A stretch of 64,000 nt of DNA, taken from assembly GCA_965209155.1 (NCBI GenBank), contig OZ242383.1, positions 1,888,001 through 1,952,000 of the forward strand, read 5' to 3'. Every line of letters starts with the position of its first letter. Positions within the stretch are counted from its first letter, which is position 1. The translations under genes were made by a program, and so were the position numbers. Shown piece by piece: positions 19,074 through 29,508 of the stretch. Source of the DNA: a bacterium (GTDB lineage: Bacteria > SAR324 > NAC60-12). Below the pieces are notes generated by a model, which saw only the letters and a list, made by a program, of their open reading frames with translations, searched no databases and had not been told where the DNA came from.

Positions 19074-19325
19074 ATGACTCTTTTCCCATGGACCGAATCA
19101 GATACAGCAAAAGCCGAACAGATTTGGTTGGAGTATCAAAAACAGCACGATCTTTCGACGAGCATTGGGAAGACAGCTGGAATTGACCCAAACACAGGTT
19201 GTATTTGGATAGGCGAGTCGATTCAGGATGTTCTCTCACAACGAGACGCTGACAAAATTGAATCCTTATTGTTCTTCGAACGCGTCGGTTCAAAAACCTA
19301 TTATCGCAAAGGAGGTCGAAGGTGA
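19074..19325 (+). CDS. Small hypothetical protein (DUF5678-like partner of the aspartyl protease)
   Basis: GKTAGIDPNTGCIWIGESI..FFERVG; overlaps the protease gene; partial second copy at 28648-28870. Confidence 0.6.
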   Translation: MTLFPWTESDTAKAEQIWLEYQKQHDLSTSIGKTAGIDPNTGCIWIGESIQDVLSQRDADKIESLLFFERVGSKTYYRKGGRR

Positions 19326-19675
19326 TTGCTGGCAAAGTATCTGAGGATGGCCTACCAGGATTCACCCTGGAAGTTGCGGGACAGAACTGGTCAGCAATTA
19401 TTGATACAGGATTCAACGGTGATTTGGAATTACCGGAAGGATTGCGAGGAAAACTCAATGATCAACCCGCAGGCCGGCTAAGGTCCGCATTGGCCGGAGG
19501 GCACATTATCGAAGAAGATGCCTATTCTGTTGATTTTCCCTTTGACGACCAAAAACTTCACGCCATTGCTACCTTCGTTCCAGATTCACAAATCTTGATC
19601 GGGACTCACCTGCTCCGTGATTATTATTTGCAAATACGGTTCGCCAGCAAAACATTACGTTTAGAACGTGAGTGA
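19322..19675 (+). CDS. Clan AA (retropepsin-like) aspartyl protease
   Basis: IIDTGFNG and LIG motifs; 117 aa. Confidence 0.8.
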   Translation: MIAGKVSEDGLPGFTLEVAGQNWSAIIDTGFNGDLELPEGLRGKLNDQPAGRLRSALAGGHIIEEDAYSVDFPFDDQKLHAIATFVPDSQILIGTHLLRDYYLQIRFASKTLRLERE

Positions 19676-19761
19676 TTTGGCAAGTGAGACTCGTTGCTCT
19701 TTTGCCAACCCTTCTCGTATCGATTCTTCCTCTTTCAAAAGCCAGCGTGCTTTTCGCCTAT

Positions 19762-19977
19762 CCTCTGACTTCTGTTAAATCTTCTCACCGAACCATTTAT
19801 CCGAATGAAGTCTTAATCCCCGCCTCTACCGCTGGATTAAAGGCCGATTCCGTTGCCCTCTGTTATCAGGTTCGAACATTGAGTAAAACTCGCCTTCGTC
19901 AGGATTTGGGAGTCGTGGCAGATAAACAATTGATACAAGCGATTCACAAGGTACTACGTTTTCAATTAGATCTATAG
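19762..19977 (+). pseudogene. PemK/MazF toxin, C-terminal half
   Basis: PLTS..YPNEVLIP..GLKADSVALCYQVRTLSKTRL. Confidence 0.8.
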
Positions 19978-20046
19978 CCCTGTTTTTCTTTCGAAGAAAA
20001 AACAGCGATTCTCAGGAAGGAAAAGGGAGGGGCTCCTTTGGTGGGC

Positions 20047-21015
20047 CTACCATTTGAAAGGGTTGATCAGTCGGGCGAGGAGGCCTCGTTTGCGTTTTGC
20101 AGCGGTGCCGTAATTTCCCTGACCACCCCGCATTCTTGGGTCGAGCAGGTCTCGTATGGCATCGCCGAACATGTTGAGCGCGTAGACGACAATCGTCAGG
20201 CAAAGACCCGGCCAGAGCGCCAGCCAGGGCGCCTGCTCCATGTACTTGCGCCCCTCTCCGCTGAGCATACTGCCCCAGCTGGGAATCTCGGGGGGCAGTC
20301 CGAATCCGAGGAAACTCAGCGAGGCCTCGGCAATGATGACCCCGCCGATGTTGATCGAGAAAACGATGATGAGCGGTGCCATGATATTGGGCAGGACATG
20401 ACGGATCAGGATTCGGCTGGTCGGGGTGCCCACGGCCCTGGCTGCCAGAAAATAGTCATTCTCTTTGACCCCGATCACCGCACCGCGGACCACCCGGGAG
20501 CCCACAATGCCGCCGGATATTCCCAATACCAGGATCAGTTGGAATAACCCCTGACCGACAATGGACATGATGGTCAACAAGAGCAGCAGACCCGGAAAGG
20601 CCATCCAGGCATCGACAAAACGCTGCACCGCCAGGTCCAATTTCCCCCCAATGAATCCTGAAGTGATGCCGATCAGAGTGGCGACAACCACGTTGAGCAG
20701 AGTCGCGGTCAGACCAACCAGCATGGAAACCCGCGCCCCAAAGATCAGGCGGCTCAATAAGTCCCGCCCCAACTGGTCAGCCCCCAGCAGAAACTGAGCG
20801 GATGGAGCTTTCAGGATGGCCGGCAGGTGTACCTTATCAAAAGGATAAGGCGCCAGCGTCTCGGCGAAAACTGCCACCAGAATAAAGAGCAAGACGATGA
20901 TTCCGCAAACCGTTCCCAAGGGCTTCTCCTGCCACAGCCTGATGAAAAAATCCGCCAACCTGCCCTGTCGTTTGGACTCACGAATAGGGGATGTTATCTC
21001 TATGGTGTCGCTCAT
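20047..21015 (-). CDS. DppC-type ABC permease
   Basis: LLGADQLGRD, HVLPN, EASLSFLGFG, GDAIRDLLDP. Confidence 0.93.
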   Translation of the reverse strand: MSDTIEITSPIRESKRQGRLADFFIRLWQEKPLGTVCGIIVLLFILVAVFAETLAPYPFDKVHLPAILKAPSAQFLLGADQLGRDLLSRLIFGARVSMLVGLTATLLNVVVATLIGITSGFIGGKLDLAVQRFVDAWMAFPGLLLLLTIMSIVGQGLFQLILVLGISGGIVGSRVVRGAVIGVKENDYFLAARAVGTPTSRILIRHVLPNIMAPLIIVFSINIGGVIIAEASLSFLGFGLPPEIPSWGSMLSGEGRKYMEQAPWLALWPGLCLTIVVYALNMFGDAIRDLLDPRMRGGQGNYGTAAKRKRGLLARLINPFKW

Positions 21016-21034
21016 GTTCTCGATTTCTCCATAG

Positions 21035-21104
21035 GTAGGGCCGGGTGACGTCCCGGCCTGAAAAACGCATCGCTCGTATTGGCCGGGACGTCACCCGGCC
21101 CTAC
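21035..21104. repeat. GTAG-type REP doublet hairpin, copy 2
   Basis: Identical to 15434-15503. Confidence 0.85.
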
Positions 21105-21148
21105 CGTTTTTTGGCTATATTAGTCCTAACAATTCATACCTCATTGTT

Positions 21149-21360
21149 GTGTCGTCCCTCCGGGACTTTGAAGGAGATTGTCTTTTGTTCCCAGTGATAA
21201 ATCGCTGGTCTACTTTCGTCCCTCCGGGACTTCTTCTGACAGACGAATCTCAAACCTCCGGGACTTTGAAGGAGACTGTATTTTGTTCCCAGCGATGAAT
21301 CGCTGGGCTACTTCCTTTCGTCCCTCTGGGACTTCTTCTGACATACGAATCTCAAACCTA
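21149..21360. repeat. Tandemly expanded CGTCCCT.CGGGAC palindromic repeat
   Basis: The unit CCGGGACTTTGAAGGAGA..TCAAACC occurs twice. Confidence 0.75.
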
Positions 21361-21381
21361 TATTTACCGGAAGCACAATGA

Positions 21382-22338
21382 CTATTCATACCTTACTCTC
21401 GGATCCAAATATGCATAGAGCAGGTCGATGAGGAGATTGATCCCCACCACCGCGGTAGCGAAAAACATGTTAATGCCGGAAATGACCGGGTAATCCCGGT
21501 CAGTGAGAGCGGTGAGCATCAGCCGACCCAACCCCGGCAGGTTGAAGATGTTCTCCATGATCACTGCGCCCCCCACCAGGATCGGCAACTGCAGGCCGAT
21601 CAGGGAGACCACCGGGATGAGGGCATTTTTGATGGCATGCCGGATAACTACGATCCGCTCCCTGAGCCCCTTGGACCAGGCGGTGCGGATATAGTCCTGC
21701 CGGAGCACCTCCAGCATCATGGTGCGGGTCATGCGCATGGTGGCTGCAGCCATGGCCGTCCCCAGAATCAGGCTGGGGATCAAAAACACCTCCAGGTTCC
21801 CCAGCGGGTCTTCGCTGAAGGGAACCAGCCGCATCGGCGGCGCCCAGCCCCACCAGATGACCGGGTAGATCATCACCATAATGCCCAGCCAGAAGTTGGG
21901 CGTGGCCAGACCGATGATGGCGACCGAACGTCCCAGGTAGTCGGCAGCGGTATCCTGGCGAATCGCCGAGTAGATGCCGACCGGCAGGGCGATCACCAGC
22001 GCGATGAGGATGGCCAGGAAACCCAGCTCAATGGTGACCGGCAATCGTCCTATGATCTTCTCCTCGACCGTCCAGGCGCCCAACAGGGAAGTGCCCAGGG
22101 TGCCGTGTAGGAAAATACCCCGCAACCAGCGGCCATACTGCACGTAGACCGGCACATCCAGTCCCAGCTGACGCATCAGCGCTTCCCGGTCTATGCCCAC
22201 CATGGTATTTTGATCAGAGGCCAACATGGTGTCGATGACATCGCCCGGGATGAAGCGTACCGAGAGAAAGACGATGATGCTCAAAATAAACAGGGTGGGG
22301 ATGATCAGCAATATCCGCCGGATGACATAGGCTCTCAT
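21382..22338 (-). CDS. DppB-type ABC permease
   Basis: MRAYVIRRILL start with GGAGGAG RBS; paralog of 15681-16649. Confidence 0.93.
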   Translation of the reverse strand: MRAYVIRRILLIIPTLFILSIIVFLSVRFIPGDVIDTMLASDQNTMVGIDREALMRQLGLDVPVYVQYGRWLRGIFLHGTLGTSLLGAWTVEEKIIGRLPVTIELGFLAILIALVIALPVGIYSAIRQDTAADYLGRSVAIIGLATPNFWLGIMVMIYPVIWWGWAPPMRLVPFSEDPLGNLEVFLIPSLILGTAMAAATMRMTRTMMLEVLRQDYIRTAWSKGLRERIVVIRHAIKNALIPVVSLIGLQLPILVGGAVIMENIFNLPGLGRLMLTALTDRDYPVISGINMFFATAVVGINLLIDLLYAYLDPRVRYE

Positions 22339-22352
22339 ATGGTGCTCCTCCT

Positions 22353-22448
22353 TTCCCCTTTGAAAAAGGGGCCGTACGCGGAAGCGGGTCAGGGGGGATT
22401 TCAAAGGCTGTAAAATCCCCCTAAGTCCCCCTTTTTCAAGGGGGACTT
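22353..22448. repeat. CCCCCTTT..AAAGGGGG/GGGGGATTT palindromic element
   Basis: Two hairpins around a GGGGGATTT/AAATCCCCC inverted pair, between the SBP and dppB. Confidence 0.7.
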
Positions 22449-22460
22449 GTCTTTCAAGCT

Positions 22461-24248
22461 CTACTGCCCCATTTCTTGCTTCATCTTATTATCAAACCAG
22501 AGGCGGGAGAACAGGGCCACCCGGTCATCGCCTCCCAACATCGCCTCTCCGTTATACCCCTTGAGCCAGGGCTGGACCGCGTTGAACTTGGGGTCTGTGG
22601 GACCCCACACATACACGTGGTTCTCGATCATGTACATGTCCGCCAGGACAGCCAACCGCACCTGCTCTTCCTCGGTTGTGGCGTCTCGGGCGGCTTCATA
22701 CAGGCGGTCGTATTCCGGGTCGTTGAGGTTCGGAGGGTTCCATGCTGACTCCGAGTGACCCCAGGATATCGAGATGAGAGGAGAAAGATACTCGATGCCA
22801 GCAATCCAGGAGGCCATATCTCCGTACGAATGTTCGCGTACATGAGCCATGTGTACACTTCGTTCCGCTACGGTAATCTCCACGTCAACGCCGATCTCCT
22901 TCCAGTAGGCGGCAGCTAATTGCGTATAGTCGAGGTCGAAGACCTGGTAGTGTTCCAGCGCGACCTCGAATCTCATGCCGTCGGCGCCGCGCGGATATCC
23001 AGCCGCGTCGAGCAACGCTTCGGCCCCTTCGGGATCATACATATAGGTTTTCCTGACCTCTTCGGGCCACTCTTCAAAGGGCGTCCCCCCGACGGCAGGG
23101 CCCACCAAGCCCATGGGTACCCACTTGGATACTCCCTTGAAGTAGGTCTTGTTCATCGTCTCGAGATCCAGTGCCATCTGCATGGCCTGGCGCACCCTGA
23201 GGTCTTTGGTGAGTGGATTGTCCGCGCCCATGTTGAAAGCGAAAGTATTTTCCGAGCGAAGCCCATACGGATAGAATGCCATGTCGGGGTTGGTCCGCTC
23301 GAGACTCTCTTTTTGGGCGGTATAGATCATTTCGGCGGCGCCAGTCAAACCGACGTAATCCAACTGACCCGAGCGCAGCGCCGCCACAATAGTGGCGTCT
23401 TCTTTCATGATCAGACCATTCAACCCGTCGAAATAGGGCAGGCGGTTCTGCGGGAATTTCTCGTCGGTGCCCCAGTAGTCCGGATTCTTGACCCAGGTCT
23501 GCGAGCTGCCGTCCACCCAGTCCGTCATCATAAAGGGCCCGGTGCCAACCAGGTTCCGCCAATCCTTCACGTCGCCGTGTTGCTTGATGACCTCGGGGGG
23601 CATGATATGGACCGCCCAGTCGGTGAGAATCGACGACAGCGCCCCGACGCTTGGTTGTGTTAGTTTCATTACAACCGTGTATTTGTCGGTGGCTGTTATC
23701 GATGCGAAGGGCAGCGTGGCGATTGTGCCGGAATAGCCTCCAGGAGGTTCGGTGAATCCGCTGCCACTTCCTGTCATCCGGTGAAAGTTATAGACGACAT
23801 CATCGGCGGTTAATTCTCTCCCATTCATGGGCGCTTTATCATGCCAGTGAACCCCCTGGCGGATGTTGAAGACCATCGTGGTGGCGTCCGGCGTTTCCCA
23901 GCTTTCCGCCAGACGTCCTGTCAGGATAGACACTGGCAAGTAGAAGGACGCACTGGTGAGGTCATTCACGCTCCTGTCGATTCCCCAATTGACTATGCCC
24001 AGCTTCTCGGTGACGCCATCGGGCCCCCGCGACGCCCCACTACCGAACAGGGGATCAGCACTCGGCGGTTCCAGCTTGACGGCGAAGGTTAAGGTCCCGC
24101 CATACTCCGGCGCGGTTACCATCATTCCGGTGGTGGGATCTGTGACCATGTGTGAGTCGGCAAAGGCTGAGCCGACCCAGAAGGCGGTCACCATCAGGGT
24201 GAGAGTTAACAACAATGATTGGATTGTTCTGGTTTTGCTTTTTTTCAT
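22461..24248 (-). CDS. Family-5 ABC solute-binding protein (alternative in-frame start at 24377)
   Basis: Paralog of 16655-18457 with a near-identical signal peptide. Confidence 0.92.
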   Translation of the reverse strand: MKKSKTRTIQSLLLTLTLMVTAFWVGSAFADSHMVTDPTTGMMVTAPEYGGTLTFAVKLEPPSADPLFGSGASRGPDGVTEKLGIVNWGIDRSVNDLTSASFYLPVSILTGRLAESWETPDATTMVFNIRQGVHWHDKAPMNGRELTADDVVYNFHRMTGSGSGFTEPPGGYSGTIATLPFASITATDKYTVVMKLTQPSVGALSSILTDWAVHIMPPEVIKQHGDVKDWRNLVGTGPFMMTDWVDGSSQTWVKNPDYWGTDEKFPQNRLPYFDGLNGLIMKEDATIVAALRSGQLDYVGLTGAAEMIYTAQKESLERTNPDMAFYPYGLRSENTFAFNMGADNPLTKDLRVRQAMQMALDLETMNKTYFKGVSKWVPMGLVGPAVGGTPFEEWPEEVRKTYMYDPEGAEALLDAAGYPRGADGMRFEVALEHYQVFDLDYTQLAAAYWKEIGVDVEITVAERSVHMAHVREHSYGDMASWIAGIEYLSPLISISWGHSESAWNPPNLNDPEYDRLYEAARDATTEEEQVRLAVLADMYMIENHVYVWGPTDPKFNAVQPWLKGYNGEAMLGGDDRVALFSRLWFDNKMKQEMGQ

Positions 24249-24433
24249 GATTCCTCCTATACATGAGGTGAAATTAGAAGATTCGCCATACCATTGAGCG
24301 AATCGGATTTTCGCAGCAGACACAACGTCTACTACAGTCAGCCCAACGAAGCGGGCCAGAAATCTCTTAAAATACATTGTAACCTCGCTTGCTTAAGATA
24401 ATGAAAAACGTGCGTTCATCCGCACTAATGAGG

Positions 24434-24780
24434 AAAAAGATTCCCGGGAAAGAGGAATTGCTTTCACAATTCCTGATTCACTTCCTCTCTTCCCCAAACA
24501 ATCCAAAGGTATGATAAGCGCAACATTATGTCAAGCATTTTTTTGAATTTTTTTGATTTGAAATGCAAGCTATTGATATTATTGTAATTTGTAAAACTGT
24601 AGCGCATTCTTATTACCTCTTTTTTCTGACGAATTTCAGGATAGGCGCTGCAATGCTTTATTGATTTTCACCTCATTGCGATAGACAATGCTTCATTCGA
24701 TATTGTCTTTCAGGAAAGAGCAAAGTAATATGCTTGCATTCATACCGTCCTTCACAATCGTTTTTAGTGATCAGCGAAAA
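24434..24780. repeat. Conserved divergent promoter/leader region, copy B
   Basis: Aligns with 18682-19030; minus-strand TTGACA-17-TACCTT. Confidence 0.85.
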
Positions 24781-24802
24781 ACTAAAAAATTAAAGGAATC
24801 CT

Positions 24803-26527
24803 ATGAGTCATGACCTCGTTATCAGGAACGGTACCGTTGTGGACGGTACCGGAGCAGAACCCATTCTAGCGGATGTCGCCATTAAGGGAGACCAGATCGT
24901 TGAGATCGGCAAAGTCAGTGGCAAAGGCAAACAGGAAATTCAAGCCGAGGGCTTCATGGTCTCGCCAGGTTTTATCGATTTACACACGCACCTCGACGCC
25001 CAGATCGGCTGGGATCCTCAAGTCACTTCAGTGAGCTGGCACGGCGTCACCACGGCGCTGCTCGGCAACTGCGGGGTCTCCTTTGCTCCATGCAAGGTCT
25101 CTGACCGTGAATTTCTGGCGGGGATGATGGAATCGGTTGAAGACATCCCCAAGCAAGCGATCCTGCATGGACTGCCCTGGAGTTGGCAGTCTTACGGCGG
25201 TTACCTGGACGCCCTCGAAGTGCTGAGACCATCGATCAACATTTGTGGGTTGGTGGGGCATTGCGCGATCCGTTTTTATGTCATGGGAGAGCGATCGGTC
25301 GAAGAGTTGGCAACCGATGAGGAGATCCGTCAGATTGCCGAGTTAGCAGGTCAGTCCGTGAAAGAAGGCGCCGTCGGTTTCTCAACCAATCGTTTCCCCC
25401 CACACCGCTTGCCTGATGGCCGTTCCATCCCAGGGACGTTTGCCGATCGTGCTGAGTTACGCGCCGTTGCGAAGGAAGTGGGAGTTCAGGGAGGCATCAT
25501 GCAAACCGTCTCACACTTAAGAAATATTAACGGCTTTGGCGAAAGCAACTTCGATGCGGAAATGGATCTCTTCGCTGATGAAGCCCGCATGACACGAGGG
25601 GTCTTATTCAGTTCCGTAATCGACCAGGGTTTTGAGCGTCTGAATGAGCGTGTGATGGCAATGCGCGCCGAAGGCCTCAATATCAACTCCGTGACGCCGG
25701 CTCGCAGCGTCAGCGGTGTGGGCGGCCTCTCCACCCATAACTTCTATCGGATATCCTTCGAAAACCCGAATGTTCTGCCTCCCGCATGGCAGGAACTTCG
25801 CAAACTCGATTTGGAGGGACGGGTGCAAGCCATTCGCAACCCTGAAACCCGAAAACGCCTGGTAGAAGAAGGGAAAGCCCAGGAAAGCGAATATATCGAA
25901 TGGATGAAGTGGTGCTTCTATATGGGTGATGCGGCCCGGCCCTGCTACACACAGGACCTCTCGCAAAACCTGGTTGCCTTAGCGAAAGCAGTGGGTGAAC
26001 ACCCGCTGGAAACCTGGCTGCGTATCAGCGACCGGACGAATGGGAAAGCCCTCTTCCATTTTCGTTTTGCCAACCAAGACCTCGATGCCCTTCCCGCTTT
26101 GATCACTACGGAGTGGGCCATGCCTGGTCTTGGTGATGCCGGTGCCCATGTCAGCCAGATGATGGACTCCGGTTGGGCCACCTTCATCCTTTCACACTGG
26201 CACCGGGACAAGGGGATTTACTCAATTCAAGAAGCGGTACGGCGCATCAGCGCTATGCCAGCCAACGTGTTGGGTCTCGAGGACCGTGGCACCTTGGCTG
26301 TGGGTAAACGCGCCGACCTCAATGTATTCGATATCGACCGGCTCGAAGAACGCATGCCGGAAATCGTGCATGACTTCCCCTTCGGCGCGCCGCGGTTCAT
26401 TCAGCATGCAGTCGGGTACAAAGCAACCGTCTGCAACGGCCAGGTGGTCCTGCAAGATGATGAATTGACCGGTGAGCGTCCCGGACGTATCCTGCGGCGT
26501 GGGGCTTCCTCTTCCCTTTCTTTTTGA
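24803..26527 (+). CDS. Amidohydrolase, N-acyl-D-amino-acid deacylase family
   Basis: PGFIDLHTHLD, GVTT..GNCG, DAGAH, DRG.L..G.RAD. Confidence 0.9.
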   Translation: MSHDLVIRNGTVVDGTGAEPILADVAIKGDQIVEIGKVSGKGKQEIQAEGFMVSPGFIDLHTHLDAQIGWDPQVTSVSWHGVTTALLGNCGVSFAPCKVSDREFLAGMMESVEDIPKQAILHGLPWSWQSYGGYLDALEVLRPSINICGLVGHCAIRFYVMGERSVEELATDEEIRQIAELAGQSVKEGAVGFSTNRFPPHRLPDGRSIPGTFADRAELRAVAKEVGVQGGIMQTVSHLRNINGFGESNFDAEMDLFADEARMTRGVLFSSVIDQGFERLNERVMAMRAEGLNINSVTPARSVSGVGGLSTHNFYRISFENPNVLPPAWQELRKLDLEGRVQAIRNPETRKRLVEEGKAQESEYIEWMKWCFYMGDAARPCYTQDLSQNLVALAKAVGEHPLETWLRISDRTNGKALFHFRFANQDLDALPALITTEWAMPGLGDAGAHVSQMMDSGWATFILSHWHRDKGIYSIQEAVRRISAMPANVLGLEDRGTLAVGKRADLNVFDIDRLEERMPEIVHDFPFGAPRFIQHAVGYKATVCNGQVVLQDDELTGERPGRILRRGASSSLSF

Positions 26528-26694
26528 CCCCCTTTTTCCGACCCGTTTCCAGATAAGTGGTGCGACGTTTTCTGGCTTTGGGCAGGAGCGCGGAGTCTGG
26601 GAGGGGACCAAATGTAGCCGAGGATGGAGGGCAAACAGCACGAAAAAAAGATAAATGAAAAGGGACTCACTGACATTGAGAGGAGACAAGACCT

Positions 26695-28404
26695 ATGAAA
26701 GATCAGCACGACTGGCGCTCGAGGGCCGGCACGTTATTCAAGCTGGAAAAGCAATCAGCAACCGGTTCACGCGGCGTCGTGGCTGCAAACAACCCGATCG
26801 GATCGGCGGCAGGGGTTGAGATGCTGGCCATTGGTGGCAACGCATTGGACGCCGCGATAGCCACACTGTTCACCCTAAACGTGGTCGAACCACAGATGGT
26901 CGGTGCCCTGGGGGCGGGATGGATGAACATTCGCCTTGCGGATGGAACAGCGATCATTATAGACAATTACTCGACGGCACCCGCTGCCGCAACACCCCAG
27001 ATGTACAGACCCATCTTCGATACCTGGCCTGATTACATGCGGACAGAGGGGAGTGAAAACACAATCGGCTACCTTTCGGTGGGGGTTCCTGGGGCGTTGA
27101 AGGGTTGGGCCGAGGTTGTCGAGAACTGGGGAAGGCTGGACTGGGAAACTGTCATGCAGCCGGCAATCCGGTACGCGGAACGAGGCTTTCGAGTCAGCGA
27201 GTACTTGAGGACAGCCATTATAGATCAACGGGATGAACTGGCACGGTTCCCCGAGACAGCGCGGACGTTTCTGCCCAACGGTGAACCTCCTGCAAGGGGT
27301 GATCTGATTGTCCAGTCCGACCTTGCCGAGTCGTTGCGAACAATTGCGAAAGAAGGGCCGGATGTTCTTTACGGTGGCGCATTGGGACAAGTGATTGTTG
27401 ATGATGTTCAGAAGAACGGTGGCCTTCTCACTATGGCGGACCTGCGAGCGTACCGCACCATTCGTCGCAAGCCGATCATCTCAACATACCGCGAATATGA
27501 GTTGACCGTGCCATCACCGCCATGTTCGGGCGGTGTGCATATCCTGCAGATTCTCCACTTCCTCGAAGACCTCGATGTTGCCTCGTTCGGTTTCGGAACA
27601 GCCGATTCGATTCATCTGCTTGCCGAGTGTTTCAAAATCGCTTTTGCCGACCGTACAGTCTACTTGGGCGACCCCGCTCAGATGGACGTCCCTATCGAGT
27701 GGCTGATTTCGGCTGAATACGCGGCGCAGAGACAAGCTGACATCAACATGGAGAGGGCGTCTTATCCTGACCCTGGCAGCCCCCCATCGTCAGAGTCTGC
27801 GTCTACGACACACCTCACGGCAGCCGACGCCGATGGCAACATCGCAGCACTAACGCAAACAATCAACGAGGGATTTGGATCAAGGGTCATCGTGCCGGGG
27901 ACCGGGCTCTTCCTGAACAACACAATGGCATTGTTCGATCCACATCCTGGTCATCCAAACTCAGTTGCATCCGGCCGGCGAATGGTGAGCAGCAATTCGC
28001 CGACAATCATTTCAAAGAATGGTCGGCCCTTGATGGCACTCGGCACGCCAGGAGGTGTACGTATCTTCCCCAGCGTTGCCCAGGCTATCGTCAACGTGAT
28101 AGATCACCGCATGACGCTACAGGAAGCGGTCGAGGCACCGCGAGTTTGGACACAGGGGCAAGCACTCGAGGTGGAATCAGCCGTGCCGGAAAAGGTTCGG
28201 AATGGGCTCTCTGCGCGCGGGCATGACCTCCTCGAGGTGAAGTCCGTCGCCGGTGGGATGAATGGCGTGATATTCGACCACGATACAGGGATGATTACCG
28301 GCGCTGCCTGCTGGCGTGCTGATGGCGCTCCTATTGCTATCAGCGGTGGCCCGGCGCGACCGGGCGTGCAGTTCAGACCAACGGTGAGCCGCGATGACAG
28401 ATGA
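26695..28404 (+). CDS. ggt: Gamma-glutamyltransferase family protein
   Basis: GGNALDAA, VGVPG, STTH (Thr nucleophile), GLFLNN, LGTPGG. Confidence 0.92.
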   Translation: MKDQHDWRSRAGTLFKLEKQSATGSRGVVAANNPIGSAAGVEMLAIGGNALDAAIATLFTLNVVEPQMVGALGAGWMNIRLADGTAIIIDNYSTAPAAATPQMYRPIFDTWPDYMRTEGSENTIGYLSVGVPGALKGWAEVVENWGRLDWETVMQPAIRYAERGFRVSEYLRTAIIDQRDELARFPETARTFLPNGEPPARGDLIVQSDLAESLRTIAKEGPDVLYGGALGQVIVDDVQKNGGLLTMADLRAYRTIRRKPIISTYREYELTVPSPPCSGGVHILQILHFLEDLDVASFGFGTADSIHLLAECFKIAFADRTVYLGDPAQMDVPIEWLISAEYAAQRQADINMERASYPDPGSPPSSESASTTHLTAADADGNIAALTQTINEGFGSRVIVPGTGLFLNNTMALFDPHPGHPNSVASGRRMVSSNSPTIISKNGRPLMALGTPGGVRIFPSVAQAIVNVIDHRMTLQEAVEAPRVWTQGQALEVESAVPEKVRNGLSARGHDLLEVKSVAGGMNGVIFDHDTGMITGAACWRADGAPIAISGGPARPGVQFRPTVSRDDR

Positions 28405-28478
28405 GTTTCCCCAAAATCTTCGTTTCTTGAAAATAGGTGAATACTATCCCCCTTTGCCCCTTAGTCCCTTTATATGAC

Positions 28479-28635
28479 TTATTCATACCGGATCCTGGGG
28501 TCCAGATAGGCATACACCAGGTCGATGAGGAGATTGATCCCTACCACCACAGTGGCGAAAAACATGTTGATGCCGGAGATGACCGGGTAGTCCTGGTCAG
28601 AGAGGGCGGTGAGCATCAGACGACCCAACCCCGGC
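28479..28635 (-). pseudogene. DppB 3' fragment
   Basis: PGLGRLMLTALSDQDYPVISG..LDPRIRYE*. Confidence 0.85.
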
Positions 28636-28647
28636 TTGGAGACGAAA

Positions 28648-28938
28648 ATGACTCTTTTCCCATGGACTGAATCAGATACGGCAAAAGCCGAACAGATTAG
28701 GTTGGAGTATCAAAAACAGCACGATCTTTCGACGAGCATTGGGAAGACAGCTGGAATTGACCCAAACACGGGTTGTGTTTGGATAGGCGGGTCGATTCAG
28801 GATGTTCTCACACAACGAGACGCAGACAAAATTGAATCCTTATTGTTCTTCGAACGCGTCGGTTCAAAAATTGAGTTGGAATATGCTATTGCGCTTGTGG
28901 CTTCTGAAGATATTGTCTTGGCACCGGAACCGGCATGA
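28648..28938 (+). pseudogene. Chimera: truncated copy of the 19074 gene fused to a DUF433-like C-terminus
   Basis: Near-identical to 19074-19295, then LEYAIALVASEDIV. Confidence 0.65.
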
Positions 28939-29228
28939 AATTTTTGCTCGACCAAGATGTTTACGTCAGGACCTTAGGCTTGCTGAAGGAGTTAGGGCAC
29001 GATATCATTCCAGTAGCGCAAATTGGACTTGCTCAAGCAAGTGATGAAGAGTTACTCAAGCGAGCTCAGCAGGAGAATGGAAATAAACCGAAGCGAGGAA
29101 AATGGACCATTTTGATTTTGAAAAAGAACCAAGTGGTCCTGTTCAAGGTCGGATCGTGGATGGCCTCGATATCCCCCTTTCAAAAGCACTATTCTCAAGT
29201 ATTAGAGCGAAATGTCAACAGAGCCTAA
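28935..29228 (+). pseudogene. DUF5615 PIN-like toxin, N-terminal part only
   Basis: MKFLLDQDV..LGHD..ASDEELL..AQQEN, then similarity is lost. Confidence 0.65.
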
Positions 29229-29262
29229 TAGACCTACTCTACCATTCAAAAAATGAGGAAAA

Positions 29263-29508
29263 ATGGCGACGCTCCGTTTGCAAAAGCAGTATATTACCGA
29301 TGAAGAAGGAAAAAAAATTGGAGTCATTTTACCTATTGAGGAACTCCATCGATTGGAGAAAGCTACCCAAGAGAAAGAACAAGAAGCGGCTCAAAATTTA
29401 GCCCAGATGGAAAAAGCAGCAAATGACCCCCTGTTCCTGGCGGACCTCCAAGAAACCATGGAAGATTTTACCATTGTCGATTCTGAATGGTGGGAGCCAA
29501 AAGCATGA
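29263..29508 (+). CDS. Probable antitoxin upstream of PemK
   Basis: QYITDEEGKKIGVILPIEE; AANDPLFLADL; ATGA overlap with the toxin. Confidence 0.6.
   Translation: MATLRLQKQYITDEEGKKIGVILPIEELHRLEKATQEKEQEAAQNLAQMEKAANDPLFLADLQETMEDFTIVDSEWWEPKA

Noticed and set aside
19672..19761. Signal-peptide-bearing full toxin ORF 19672-19977
   Set aside because: The hydrophobic start is unrelated to PemK and most likely a chance fusion to the C-terminal half.
21149..21360. CRISPR array
   Set aside because: Units are tandem palindromes without unique spacers, and no cas genes are present; the same applies to 58820-58908.
22339..22404. N-terminal extension of dppB
   Set aside because: Translates a palindromic repeat; a strong RBS precedes 22338.
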